Shown here: piece by piece, positions 30,211-40,634 of the stretch | Layout of the letters: the number at the start of each line of letters is the position of its first letter | How positions within the stretch are numbered: position 1 is the first letter of the stretch | Source: Scenedesmus sp. PABB004 | Taxonomy: Eukaryota | Direction: 5' to 3' | DNA length: 64,000 nt | Assembly: GCA_014905635.1 (NCBI GenBank) | Contig: JABVCE010000007.1 | Location: forward strand, 372,001-436,000 | The notes under the pieces: generated by a model | Told to the model about the DNA's origin: nothing | Seen by the model: only the letters and a program-made list of their open reading frames with translations | Database searches by the model: none | Translations under genes and position numbers: made by a program

Positions 30211-33200
30211 TCACCAGGGCTGCTGCGCCGCCGCCCTGAGCGGCACGACGCGCCGCCGCCGCCGGCCGCCGTGCGCGAGCGCGCTCGCCGCCGACGCAAG
30301 CAGCACGCACGCGCGCGCCGCCTGCACGGCGGCGAGCAGCAGCACGAGCCCGCCCGCCGTGCCGAGCGCGACGAGGCTCGCCTTGTCCCGCGTCGCGGGC
30401 AGCGCGTCGCTCCAGCTCGCAACAATTGCGGCCATGGCCAGCAGCACCTGCCCGCTCGCGAGCGCGCCCTCGACCACGGTGACGCCGACGTCAGCAAAGG
30501 GCAGCGCGCCGACCACAAACATCAGCCACGCCACGCACGCCACGCCGACGCTCCAGATCTGCGCCTCGCCGCGCCCGTGCGGCCCGGGGCCGATGCTGCC
30601 GAGCGCCGCCGCCGCGGCGCCCGCGAGGCCGGCCCACGCGACGTTGGCGAGCAGCAGGCCGGGGCGCGCGCCCAGCTGCAGGTCAGCCTCCTCCTGGAAG
30701 CTGGCCATGCCGGCGCCGCCGACGACGTCCCACAGCACCGGGCCCCAGCGGCCGAGGAAGGCCAGCCGCGCCGCGACGCGCTCGCAGACCACGACGCCGC
30801 CGCCGCCCTGCAGCACGCCGGCCAGCGCAGCCACCTGACCAGCCCCCCACCCTCGTCGTCGCTGCCGCCGGCGGCGGCGGCGGCGGCGGCCGCGCCACCC
30901 GGCGCGGGCACGCCGCCCGCCAAGAGCTGGGCGTCACCCGCGGACAGGCCCCAGCCCGCGCACGCGCGCGAGCCGGGCTCCGTGCGCGCGCCAGCCGGCG
31001 CCGCCACGGCTAGCGCTGGCAGCGCCGGCTCGGGCGGCAGCGGGCGCGGCGGGATGACCGCGTCCGGGCGCAGCCGCTGCCGGCGCAGCGCGCGCAGCAC
31101 GCGCGCGCGCCGCCGCGCCTCCTGGATCTCAGCGAGCGCCTCCTGGTGCTGCAGCTCCTCTACCTCGCTCCACGCCTGCTCATAGGCGTCGCTTGCGCCC
31201 TCGCCCGCCTCGCGCAGCGGCTGCGGCCCCAGGCGGCGCGCGGGGCTGCGATCATCGCCGCCCGCGCCCGAGGCGGCGCCGCCGGGCCGGCCGCCGCCGC
31301 TGCCGGGCCGGCTGGCGGCGTGGCCCAGCTGCAGCAGGCGCGCGCGGTGGCCTGCCATGGTGGCCGCCACGGCCGCCGCGAGGCCGCCGTCATCAGTGCC
31401 GTCCCCTGTCCCTGCTGCCCCTGCTGCCCCTGCTGCCCCTGCGTTGCGCCCGGTGCCGGGCCGGCTGCGGCCCGACCGCGACCCCTCAGCCAGCGGCGCG
31501 CCCGACGCCCTCCCGCTGCGCAGCTGCCGCAAGTCGTAAAGCTGCTGCTGCTGCTCGTACGTGCCGCCTGGCGCCGCGCCCGCCGCGCCCGACGCCGCCA
31601 GGCTGCCCCGCGCGCTGCGCGTCGCCGTGCACGCCAGCGCCGCGGGGCCGCCTGGCCGCGGCTCGTCCCCGTCGCGTGCCCCGCGGCTGCGCGATCGCTG
31701 CGTGAGGAACGCTGGCTGCGGCGGCCCCGGCGGCCCCGGCGGCCCCGCCGGCGGCGGGCCTGCCGGCTCGCCGCCACGTGCCGCCGCCGGCGGCGCGTCC
31801 GCCTCGGCGCCCAGCAGCGCCTCCTCTGCGTTGCCTAGAACTTGCTGCGCCAGGAAGATGCAGAGCGCTGCCGCGAGGCTGGCAGAACACGCCAGTGCAA
31901 TGGAGCCGTGCCACGCGGGCTGCTGCGCAGCCAGCAGCGCGCCCGACGCCGCCAGCACCGGCGGCAGCACGAGCAGCGCGCCCGTCAGCAGCAGCGCCGG
32001 CGCCTGCACCGGCGGCGGCATCACGACCAGCCCGGGGCGGGGCGGCGGCGCCGCCGGGCTAGCAGCCCAGAGCGCGGCGTGCGCGAGGCCGGCGACCACC
32101 AACACCGCGACCGCGACCGCGCAGCTCGCCAGCAGCCCGCGCCAGGCCGCCAGGCCGAGCGAGCCGAGGTCGGGCGGCATGGTCAGAGCGTCCGGCAGCT
32201 GCTGCGCCGCGCGGGCCGGCAGTGGCACGCGCGCAAGCGCGGGTGCCTTGGCGGGCGTGGCCACGTCGGCGACCGTGATCAGCGCGCTCCCAGCCTGCAG
32301 CTCCGCGAGCCACGCGTCCACCGCGCGGCCGTCGGGCGGCGCCGGCGCCCAGGGCGGCGCGCCCCGGCGGCGGCGGCGCCGCGATCCGCGCGGCCACGCG
32401 CTCCAGCTTCGCCGCCGCCCAGCTGCCGGGCGCGGCGGCGGGCCAGTCGAGCAGCGTCCAGCGCAGCTCGCTCACAGCCTCCCCGTACGCGGCGCCGAGG
32501 CCCGTCCAGGTCAGGGCGCCCGACGCCGCGAGCAGCTGGAGGTGGTTGACCGACCTCACCAGCGCGGGCACGCAGCCAGGCAGCGCCGAGCCTGCGACGC
32601 GCGCAGCGGGCGGGCACGGCAGCTCAGCGCAAACAAGGCTTGGGAAGCGAGGGCCCCGCGCACTGCGCGCACTGCCAGCGCCCACCTGGCGCCGCCGCCA
32701 CGGACAGTCCGCAGGCTGCGCCTGCGAGCCCCAGCAGGCCCGGCAGCGCCTTGCTCGCCAGGTCAGCGTAGCCGGGCAGGGCCTCGGCCAGCCCCGGCAC
32801 AGCGACGCGCATCTCGTTGGAGGCCGCGCAGGGCTGGTAAGCGGCGCCGAGGCAGCCGCCCGTCTGCGAGCGCGGCGCAAAGAGGTCGGCGCCGGGCCCC
32901 GGCTGCCGGCCGCCAGGCGCGCCCGGGCCCGCCCGCGCCTGCACCGCGCGCACCAGCAGCGCCACGCTCGCCGTGCGCCCGGGCGCGCCCGCCAGGGTGA
33001 GCACCAGCTCCGTGTCGCCGAGGCGTGCCACGCCCGTGAGCGCGGCGCCGGCCAGCGCCAGGCGCGACACGTCGACCGCCCCGCCCGGGCTGCTGAGCGT
33101 GACACCGACCTCAAACACGCTGCGCTGCAGGCTCGGCAGCGACAGCACGCGCAGCGTCGGCCGCGGTCCCTCGGCGGTGAGGCTGACCCGGATGACGTGG

Positions 33201-33675
33201 GCGACGGACGCCGCCGGGCTGCAGGGGTCGGCCGGCACCGTGAGCGACAGCACGCCCCCGGCCGCCGCGCCCGCCGGCAGCTCCACGCGCAGCCTCGCCA
33301 CGTCGCCGGCCAGTTCCAGGCTGCCCGGCGCGACGCGTGCGGGCGCGGGCGCCAAGAGCAGGCACGCGCCGTCGACGCCGCAGGTGGCGTTGCCGCCGCC
33401 GGCGACCAGGCGCTGCAGCTCGCCCGGCGCGGACGGCGCGAGCTCAAAGATCATCGGGAAGGCAGCCGCCTGTCCGGGCGCACCGCGACGGCCGCCGGCG
33501 CAAACACGCGCATCGCCGCGCGCGGCGCCCGGCCGCCGCAGGCGCCCGCCTGCAGCAGGGCCCGGCCGCGCGCGAGCGCCGCCGCCGTGCTGCCGTCGTC
33601 GCCGCGCTCCTGCCAGCCGCGCGCGCGCCGTGGCGACTCCGCGGCCAGCAGCAGCAGCGCCAGCGCCAGCGCCAT
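30211..33675 (-). CDS. Unknown multi-pass membrane protein with a signal peptide and beta-rich ectodomain, multi-exon
   Basis: Hydrophobic N-terminus, coding-like ORF 32624-33454, and several TM segments in ORFs 30522-32321 and 30211-30834. TGTAA on the minus strand at 30133-30137. Confidence 0.55.
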
Positions 33676-34080
33676 CCGTGGCGGGCGGCCGGGCCGCCCC
33701 GACGCGCCGGCATCGCGCGGCGGGCGGTCAGCGGATGCGCTTGCTGCTGGCGGCCGTCTCGCGTGGCCCCATGGCCGAGCCGTGAGCGTGTCGCTCGGGC
33801 CGGGAGTGGCGGGCGTGGCGCCTCTGGCGGCGCGTGGACGAAGTCAGCGGCACCGGCGGCGCTCGTTCACACGTCGGCGCAGAGGCCGAGCGACGAGCCC
33901 GGAGGCGCAGAAGGGCGAGCAGCTCACGGGCCGGGCATCACGATTACATTAACGGGGCCTGCCGACAGCGGCGGTTCTGCGGTTCACGCCCAGACCCGCG
34001 CCGAGGCCCGCCGCGCGCCAGCCGCACGCGCGCTCTGGCGGCGGTCGGGAGCCCCGCTGTCCGCCCAGCGCCAGCCGGCT

Positions 34081-36175
34081 TCACTCCTCCTTCAAGAAGC
34101 GGTCCTTACGGGCGCCCGTGAGCACGCGCTGCGCGCGCACGTGCGGCGGCAGCGGCGGTCGCGCGCGCCGTGCGGCCGGGCAGCCGCGTGCTGGCTGCAG
34201 CGGCGCACCCCACCGCCGCGCGCCGCGCCGCGCGCACCGCGATGATCTGGCTGAACGCCTTGGGGCGGGTGAGGAACTGGATGTACTGCTGGCTCGCGAC
34301 GCCGCCGCCGAGCGTCGCCGCGCGGCCCGGCAGCTCGCGGATGCGCGGCACCAGGAACGCGGCGACGTCGCCCGCCTCCTCCGCTGCGCGGCGGCGGCGG
34401 TGGCGCAGGCGTCGCGGGCGCGCGGCCGCGGCGGGGGGGCCCGGCCCGCTGGGCACGCCCAGCGCGCGGCCCAACATGACGGCCCGCCCGCGCCGCCCGC
34501 CGCCCGCCCGCCCGCCCGCGCCCGCCCGCCCGCGCTGCCCGCCGCCCGGCCATTTGCCGCGGCGGGCGCACCGAGGCAGTTGATGAAGAACTTGGCGGTC
34601 GGCGTGTTGGCGCCGCTCATGAGCAGCTCCGTCGTGACCATGCCGGGGCTCAAGTTGTGCACGCCAACGTTCGAGATGCCGGCCATCTTCAGCTCCGCCG
34701 CCAGCGACTTGCCCAGCTGCGGGCCGCGCGGCGGCGGCGCGTCACGCGCAGCGCGAGGGTGCACAGGGGCCGGCGGCGCGCGCGCGGCGCCGCCGCGGCC
34801 GCCGCGCCTGCTGCAGGCTGCGCTTGGTCGCGCCGTACGCGGCGAAGCGCGGCGTCGCGTTGCCGTCGGCGCCGGCGCCGTCCATGTTGAACACGTGACC
34901 GCCGGCGGGCTGCGCCTTCATGCGCACGATGGCCTGCGCGGCACGGCGCGGCGACGCGCGCTGGGCGCGGTGCGCGGCGACGCGTGGCGCGGTGCGCGGC
35001 GACGCGTGGCGCGGGGCGCGGCGCGGCGCGGGGCGCGCGCCTCCTTGCAGCAGAGCATCACTCCCAGCACGTTGGTGTCCACGATCGCCTCCAGGTCCTC
35101 GTCGTCGCTCTCGAGCAGCGGGCCGTACTTGTAGGCGTTGGTGCCGGCGTTGTTGATCCTGGCAGCGTCGACGCGCGGCGTGGCGAGGGGCGGGGAGGGG
35201 AGGGGAGGGTCAGCCACGGTCGCGGTGGGCGGCGTGGCGGGCGGCGCGCCGCTGTGTGCGTGCCCACGCGCGCACCAGAGGTCGATGGTCCCGAGCTGCT
35301 GCTGCGCGTGCTCGGCCAGCGCCCTGACCTCGTCAGCCTTGGCCACGTTGCACGCCTTGCCCTGCGCGGCGGCGGCGGCGGTGGGGTGCGCTCGGCGCCG
35401 GCCCCCGCGCCAAGCACGCGGCGCGGCGCGCTGCACAGCTCAGGAGGCCCCGGCGCTCACCACCACGCGCTCCTTGCCGTGCTGCGCCTGCAGCTCGCGC
35501 ACCGCCTCGGCCACCTGCTGCTCTGCGCGGCGCGCCGCGCGCAGCGCGCCGCGTCGGCCGCTCCGGGCCTCGCCCCCGCCCGCCCGCCTGCTCAGCCGCT
35601 CCAACTGCCCTGCCCCGCAGGCTGGCCTGCGCCACAGGGCTGGCTGGCCGGCGCGGCCGCTCACCGTTGCGCGCGCAGATGACCACGCTGTCGCCCGCCT
35701 CCAAAAAGTCCTCCGCCAGCGCGCGGCCCACGCCTGCGACCGCGGCGGGCGGCGGCGGCCGCGTCGGCGCGCGGCGCCGGCGCCCTCGTGCGCGCGCGCG
35801 CGTCGGCCAGGGGCTCAGGCCGGGTGGCACGGCCCGCAGCGTGGCAGCACGCACCCTTGGTGGAGCCGGTGATGAGGACGTTGAAGGGCGGAGCCATCAC
35901 CGTCTTCTGCGCCGTGCTCCGCTCCGCCCGCGCAGCCGCAGCGGGCACGGCGGCGGCCCCGCGGCGCGCTGCGTTGGGTGGCGGCGGGAGCGGGGAGGGT
36001 CAGCGCGGGCCCCGGCCGGGGCGGCGGCGCGCCGGCTGCGCGCGGGCGCGCTCGTGCGGCAGCGGCGCTGCTCGCCTGCACTGCCCGCCGGCCGTGCGCC
36101 GGGCCAGCGCTGCCGCGCAGGCGCCGCCACCGTCGCCATGCCCCGGCCGCTCGTGCTCGCCGCCGCTGCCGCCAT
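34081..36175 (-). CDS. NOL: Chlorophyll(ide) b reductase NOL (NYC1-like SDR), multi-exon
   Basis: PPFNVLITGSTKG-VG, INNAGTNAYKYGPL, GHVFNMDGAGADGNATPRFAAYGATKRS and VHNLSPGMVTTELLMSGA. TGTAA on the minus strand at 33944-33948. The start codon is uncertain. Confidence 0.9.
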
Positions 36176-36490
36176 GTGAGCAAAGCTGGCTGGCACCCGC
36201 CGCTGCTGGCGCCTGCGCTGTGCTCGAGGGCTCTCGCACGCGCGGCGAGATGAACAGGTGGTGACGTGTGCGCCAACGCGACGCGCGTCGGCGCACGGGC
36301 CCCTGAGGCCCGGCGCCGGGGCTCAAGGCGCACTCGCCGCGCCCACGCCGCGCGAGCGCAGGGCGCCCGGGTGCTCACTGCCTCCCCATTGCTTCATCCT
36401 TGCCGGCTGCCTCCACACGCGTGCCGCCGCAGCCCTACGTCCGCGCGTTTGCCGCCGCCGCCACACAGCAGCGCGCCATTCACTGGCGCC

Positions 36491-38221
36491 ATGCTCTCGG
36501 CCCGCCCCACCGCCGGCCGCGCCGCCGGCCTGGCCGGTCGCAGTGCAGCACGTGTCCCTCCACGCAGCGCCGGCGTGGCGTGCGCCGCGGCCGGGTGCGG
36601 CGGCGCGCTGTGGGGTGTGGCCGCGCACGCGCCAGCACTGCGCCCGTGCACGGCAACCAGCGCCCGGCCGCCGCCGCCGCCGGCACCGCAGGCGGCAGCA
36701 GCAGCAGCAGGGCGCCGCCTCCCCGCTGGCGGCGGGCGTTCTCGCGGCGCTGCTGCTCGGCAGCGGCGCGCCGGCCGTCGCCGCAGCACCCGACGCGGCC
36801 GGGCCCTCCACCTCGGGCGGCGGCGCCGTTCCCACCGTCTACTTCGGTGCGCCGCCGCCGCCCGTGCCGCGCGCCCCGGGCAGCCTGGCTGCCCGCGCGC
36901 CGCCGCCGCGCCGCGCCCGCACGCCCCGCGCGCGGCCGGGCGCCAACGGCCCGCGCGCCCCCGTGCCCCGCTGCCCTGCGCCTGGCGCTGCCCGGACGTT
37001 CAGGCAACGGCTGCTTCTGGGGGCGCCAGAAGGAGTTTGTGGACGCCGAGCGCACCCTCGGCCGCACCGACCCCGCCGCCATCAGCGCACTCGTAGGCTA
37101 CGCCGGCGGCCGCCAGGCGCGCGGCGCGGCGCGGCGCGGCCTGCCGCGCGGCGCGGCGCAGCGCGGCGCGACGCGGCCTGCCGCGCGGCGCGGCGCGGCG
37201 CGGCGCGCGGCCCGCCGCCGCGGCGCGGCCCGCGCACGGCCGCCGGCGCGGGCGCGCCGCGCAGGTCGGGCCCGACGGCAAGGTCTGCTACTATTACAAC
37301 GGCGACCCGCGGACGATCTACGAGCGCCTGGGGCACGCCGAGGTGGTGCAGGTCGCGCTCAGCGACGAGGACGCGGCCGCGCAGCAGGAGTTCAGGTGCG
37401 CGGGCCGCGCGCCCCGCCCCGGGCGCGCGCGCGCCGACCCCGGCCCCGGGCGTGGGCCGACGTGCGGCGCCCGCGCGCCCGCCCGGCCGCCGCCGCGGCG
37501 CGCGCAGGCAGTTTGCGCGGACCTACTTTGACCAGTTCCAGGCCGCGCCACGGGGGCGGGGCATGATGCGGCTGGACCCGCAGGACGCGGGCCCGGGCTA
37601 CCGCAACGTCGTCGGCCTGCCCGGCGGCGTGGCGAGCCCGCTGTTCCCGCTGCTGCGCGAGGCCAACGTGCACGGCATGGAGCTGCGCGAGGGTGCGCCG
37701 CCGCCGCCGCCTCCGCCGCCGTGTGCGGCGACCCGCCGCGCGCGGCGGCCGCCCCTTTCGCCGCCGCGGCGAGCGCTCGCTGGCCGGGGCGCCCCGCGAG
37801 CGGTGCCCCACGTGCATGCACGCGCGCCCGCCGCCGCCGCCGGGACAGGCCAGGGCAACCTGTACGCGGCGGGGCGCCCCGTGGAGGGCGATGAGATCAA
37901 CGTGGTGTGGGTGGTCGACAGCGCGCAGCTGCCCTTCTACCGGTGAGGACCCACCACCGCCCAGCGCGCCCGCGCCGCGCGCCTGCGCGCCCCCGGCGCC
38001 CAGCGGCGCGGCCGGTGACGCCGGTGACGCCGGCGCAGCTCCTCACGTGACGCCGGCCTGCCGCGCGCCGCGCGCCGCGCGCCGCCAGCGCCGAGGCGTA
38101 CCACCAGTTCCACAACGGCCTGGGCAAGGCCTTCCCGGCCGCGTACACGCGTGACCTCAAGGCCGCCGTCGCGGCGGCGGGCAAGATCGGGCCGACCGGC
38201 TGCCTCGAGGTGCCCTTCTGA
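36491..38221 (+). CDS. MsrA-like peptide methionine sulfoxide reductase with a bipartite plastid/lumen-type presequence, multi-exon
   Basis: VYFG-NGCFWG, VGYAGG, GHAEVVQV, DPQDAGPGYR, FYR-AEAYHQF and a C-terminal Cys (GPTGCLEVPF). Confidence 0.82.
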
Positions 38222-38807
38222 GCGCGGCGCCGGGGTGCGGTGTTGTTTGGGTGGGGCGCCGCAGCGCCGGCGGCGGCGCGGCCGCCGGCGCTGGCACACG
38301 GCGGCGTGCACGCGGCGGCAGCGGCGCGTGCGGCATCGCCGCGGACGGCCGCGCGCGCCGATGCGCGCGCCCAGCCTGCCGCACGGACCGAGCCGACGCT
38401 AGATACGCCTGAAAAGTGCAAGAAGTGCTTGCACCAACTGCTGCGCTTTTGCGCGGCCCCGCCCGTGCGCGCACGCGTGGGCGGGGAGCGGTTTGGGCCG
38501 CCGGCGTGCGCCAGGGCGTGCCAGGGTGGGCGGCGCTGCGGGCTTCAGCGCCGAGGGGGCCGGCTTTGTGACAGGGCCCGGCCCGTCGCGCACGAGCCTC
38601 CGCCGCCCCGCCGCGCCGGCCCCCGCACTTCCCCGCGGTCCGGTGGAGCTCACTTCAGTTCAGCTCAGCTCACTTCAGTTCAGCCGAAGCATAATGATTG
38701 CGATCCATTTCAGTCTCTCTCAAACTAACAGAGTTTAGGAATAACAACTCGTCGGCCCTCAAGGGACCACCTGATCTCCCTCATCGATCGATGCTGGCAC
38801 CACCGCC

Positions 38808-39110
38808 GCCTGCTGCTGCTCCTGCTGCCACGCCAGCGCGGCCTGCTCCTGCTGCCACGCCAGCGCGGCCGCCGCCGCCTGCTGCTGCTCCTGCTGCCAC
38901 GCCAGCGCGGCCTGCTCCTGCTGCCACGCCAGCGCGGCCTGCTCCTGCTGCCACACCAGCGCGGCCTGCTCCTGCTGCCACGCCAGCGCGGCCTGCTGCT
39001 GCTGCCACGCCAGCGCGGCCGCCGCCGGTGGGTCGTGCTGCTGCTGCTGCTCCTGCTGCCACTCCATTGTGGCCTGCTGCTCCCACGCCAGCGTGGCCTG
39101 CTGCCGCTGG
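38808..39110. repeat. Tandem minisatellite, ~27-bp core (CCTGCTCCTGCTGCCACGCCAGCGCGG), about 8-9 degenerate units
   Basis: Directly visible; translates as APAATPARP, WQQEQAALA or SRPRWRGSR repeats depending on frame. Confidence 0.9.
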
Positions 39111-39161
39111 GCCTGCCGCCGCGCGAGCCTCGCCGCCGTGCTGGCCGAGCTGGAGCGGCAG

Positions 39162-39748
39162 CGGCGTGGCCGTCTGCGGTGAGGGCGAGGTCGAGCTCCA
39201 GGCAGTCGGCGCCGCCCTCGAGGGCTGCCGCGAACGCGGCCAGCGAGTTGGGCGGCGCGCCGGCGGTCGTGTCGCCGCCGTGCGCGCACACCCAGGGCGG
39301 CCGCGCCTGCGCGCGCGGCGGCGGCCAGGGCATCCGTGTTGCTGGTGCTGGCATTGGACTTGGCACCCCCCACTGGCTACCAGGCCTGAGGGGGGGCTGC
39401 CAGGGGCGGCAGCACGCGGGCGCCGCACCAGGGCGCAGAAGGCTCGCGACGGCGGGGCGTGCACGAACGCGAACTCCAGCGCCCGCGGGAGCAGGGCCGC
39501 TGCGGCCGTGATCAGCACGCCCACCAGAGCTGCCGCCGCTGCCGGCCCAGCGCGCGCGCCGGCCCAGCGCGGCCGCCGCTGCTGCCGGCCCAGCTGCTGC
39601 CGGCCCAGCTGCTGCCGGCCCAGCGCGGCCGCCGCTGGGTTAGGCCGCGCCTGCTCGCCACGGGATCGAGGAAGGCCCGCTTGCTCGTCCCTGGGCGACG
39701 CACGAGCGGCAGCGGGCGTGCGGCGGCGCTGCATCGCCGCTGCCGCGT
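39162..39748 (-). pseudogene. Partial duplicate of the GDPD 5' region (source 21133-21719)
   Basis: High identity with small indels. It keeps the ATG and the source intron, and is truncated after LTADGHA. Confidence 0.88.
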
Positions 39749-40634
39749 TCGGCCACGGCGGCGGTGAGCGTTGCTGCGCCGGCCAGTCTTGCGCACGCCG
39801 GCGGCCCAAACCGCTCCCCGCCCACGCGTGCGCGCACGGGCGGGGCCGCGCAAAAGCGCAGCAGTTGGTGCAGGCACTTCTTGCACTTTTCAGGCGTATC
39901 TAGCGTCGGCTCGGTCCGCGCGGCCCGCTCACGAAGCAAGAAGCTGCTCCGCGACATTTTCGATAGCGTGCCGGCGCCCGGGCGCTAGCGTGGCGTGCTC
40001 GGCCATCCCACGAGCGGTGCGCTGGGCGCACACAGGCGCCCCCTGACCTCGGGCTTGCCAATGCGGGCCCGTGTCATGCGCGGGAATCGGGGAGCGCCCC
40101 GCTGCGAGCTGCGGCACCTGGATCAGGCGGCGGCGGCGATTGGCTGGGCCAGGCGCCCCTGACGCTCAGGCGCCATTGCACGTCGTGCCGCCCCGCCCCC
40201 GACCGCACCCTGCCACTCTGACGCACCTCCCACGCCTTCCGCGCGCAGATATTGCAGTAAAAAGAAAAGAACGCATCAGATGTGCTCCGGCCAGGATTTC
40301 CTGCGCCACTCGCGCGCGTAGGCCCCGCCCGGCCCGCGACCTGCGACCCTGTGACGTCGGCGGGACCGTTGAGCGAGCCCGCGCCCGGGCGCTAGCGCCG
40401 CGCAGTCGGCCATCCTCCCCCGGTGCGCGCGGCGCCGCACGCAGGCCGGGGCCACCCCGGCCTGGCGCCACGGGCCCTGGCGATGCGCGCGAGCTGCCGC
40501 GCCTGGATCAGGCAGCGGCGGCGGCGGCCCACGCGGCCCACCGCTGGGCGCGCGGCTGCGCATCGCATGCAGGGCCGCCCCACCCTGGCCCCACCTCCCC
40601 ACCCTGACGCCCCTGCCACGCCTGCCGCGCGCAG

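Larger units (their letters stand above)
38384..39918. mobile_element. Inverted-repeat-bounded cassette (Pack-TE-like) carrying a captured GDPD fragment
   Basis: 128-bp inverted repeats at 38384-38511 and 39791-39918 with one mismatch seen. No transposase and no target-site duplication detected. Confidence 0.55.

Noticed and set aside
38808..39110. Regularly repeated ~27-bp unit as a possible CRISPR array
   Set aside because: The units are tandem without unique spacers, there are no cas genes, and the context is eukaryotic.
38370..39930. Target-site duplication flanking the 128-bp inverted repeats
   Set aside because: The flanks (CCAGCCTGCCGCA on the left, CGCGGCCCGCTC on the right) share no direct repeat at the boundaries tested.
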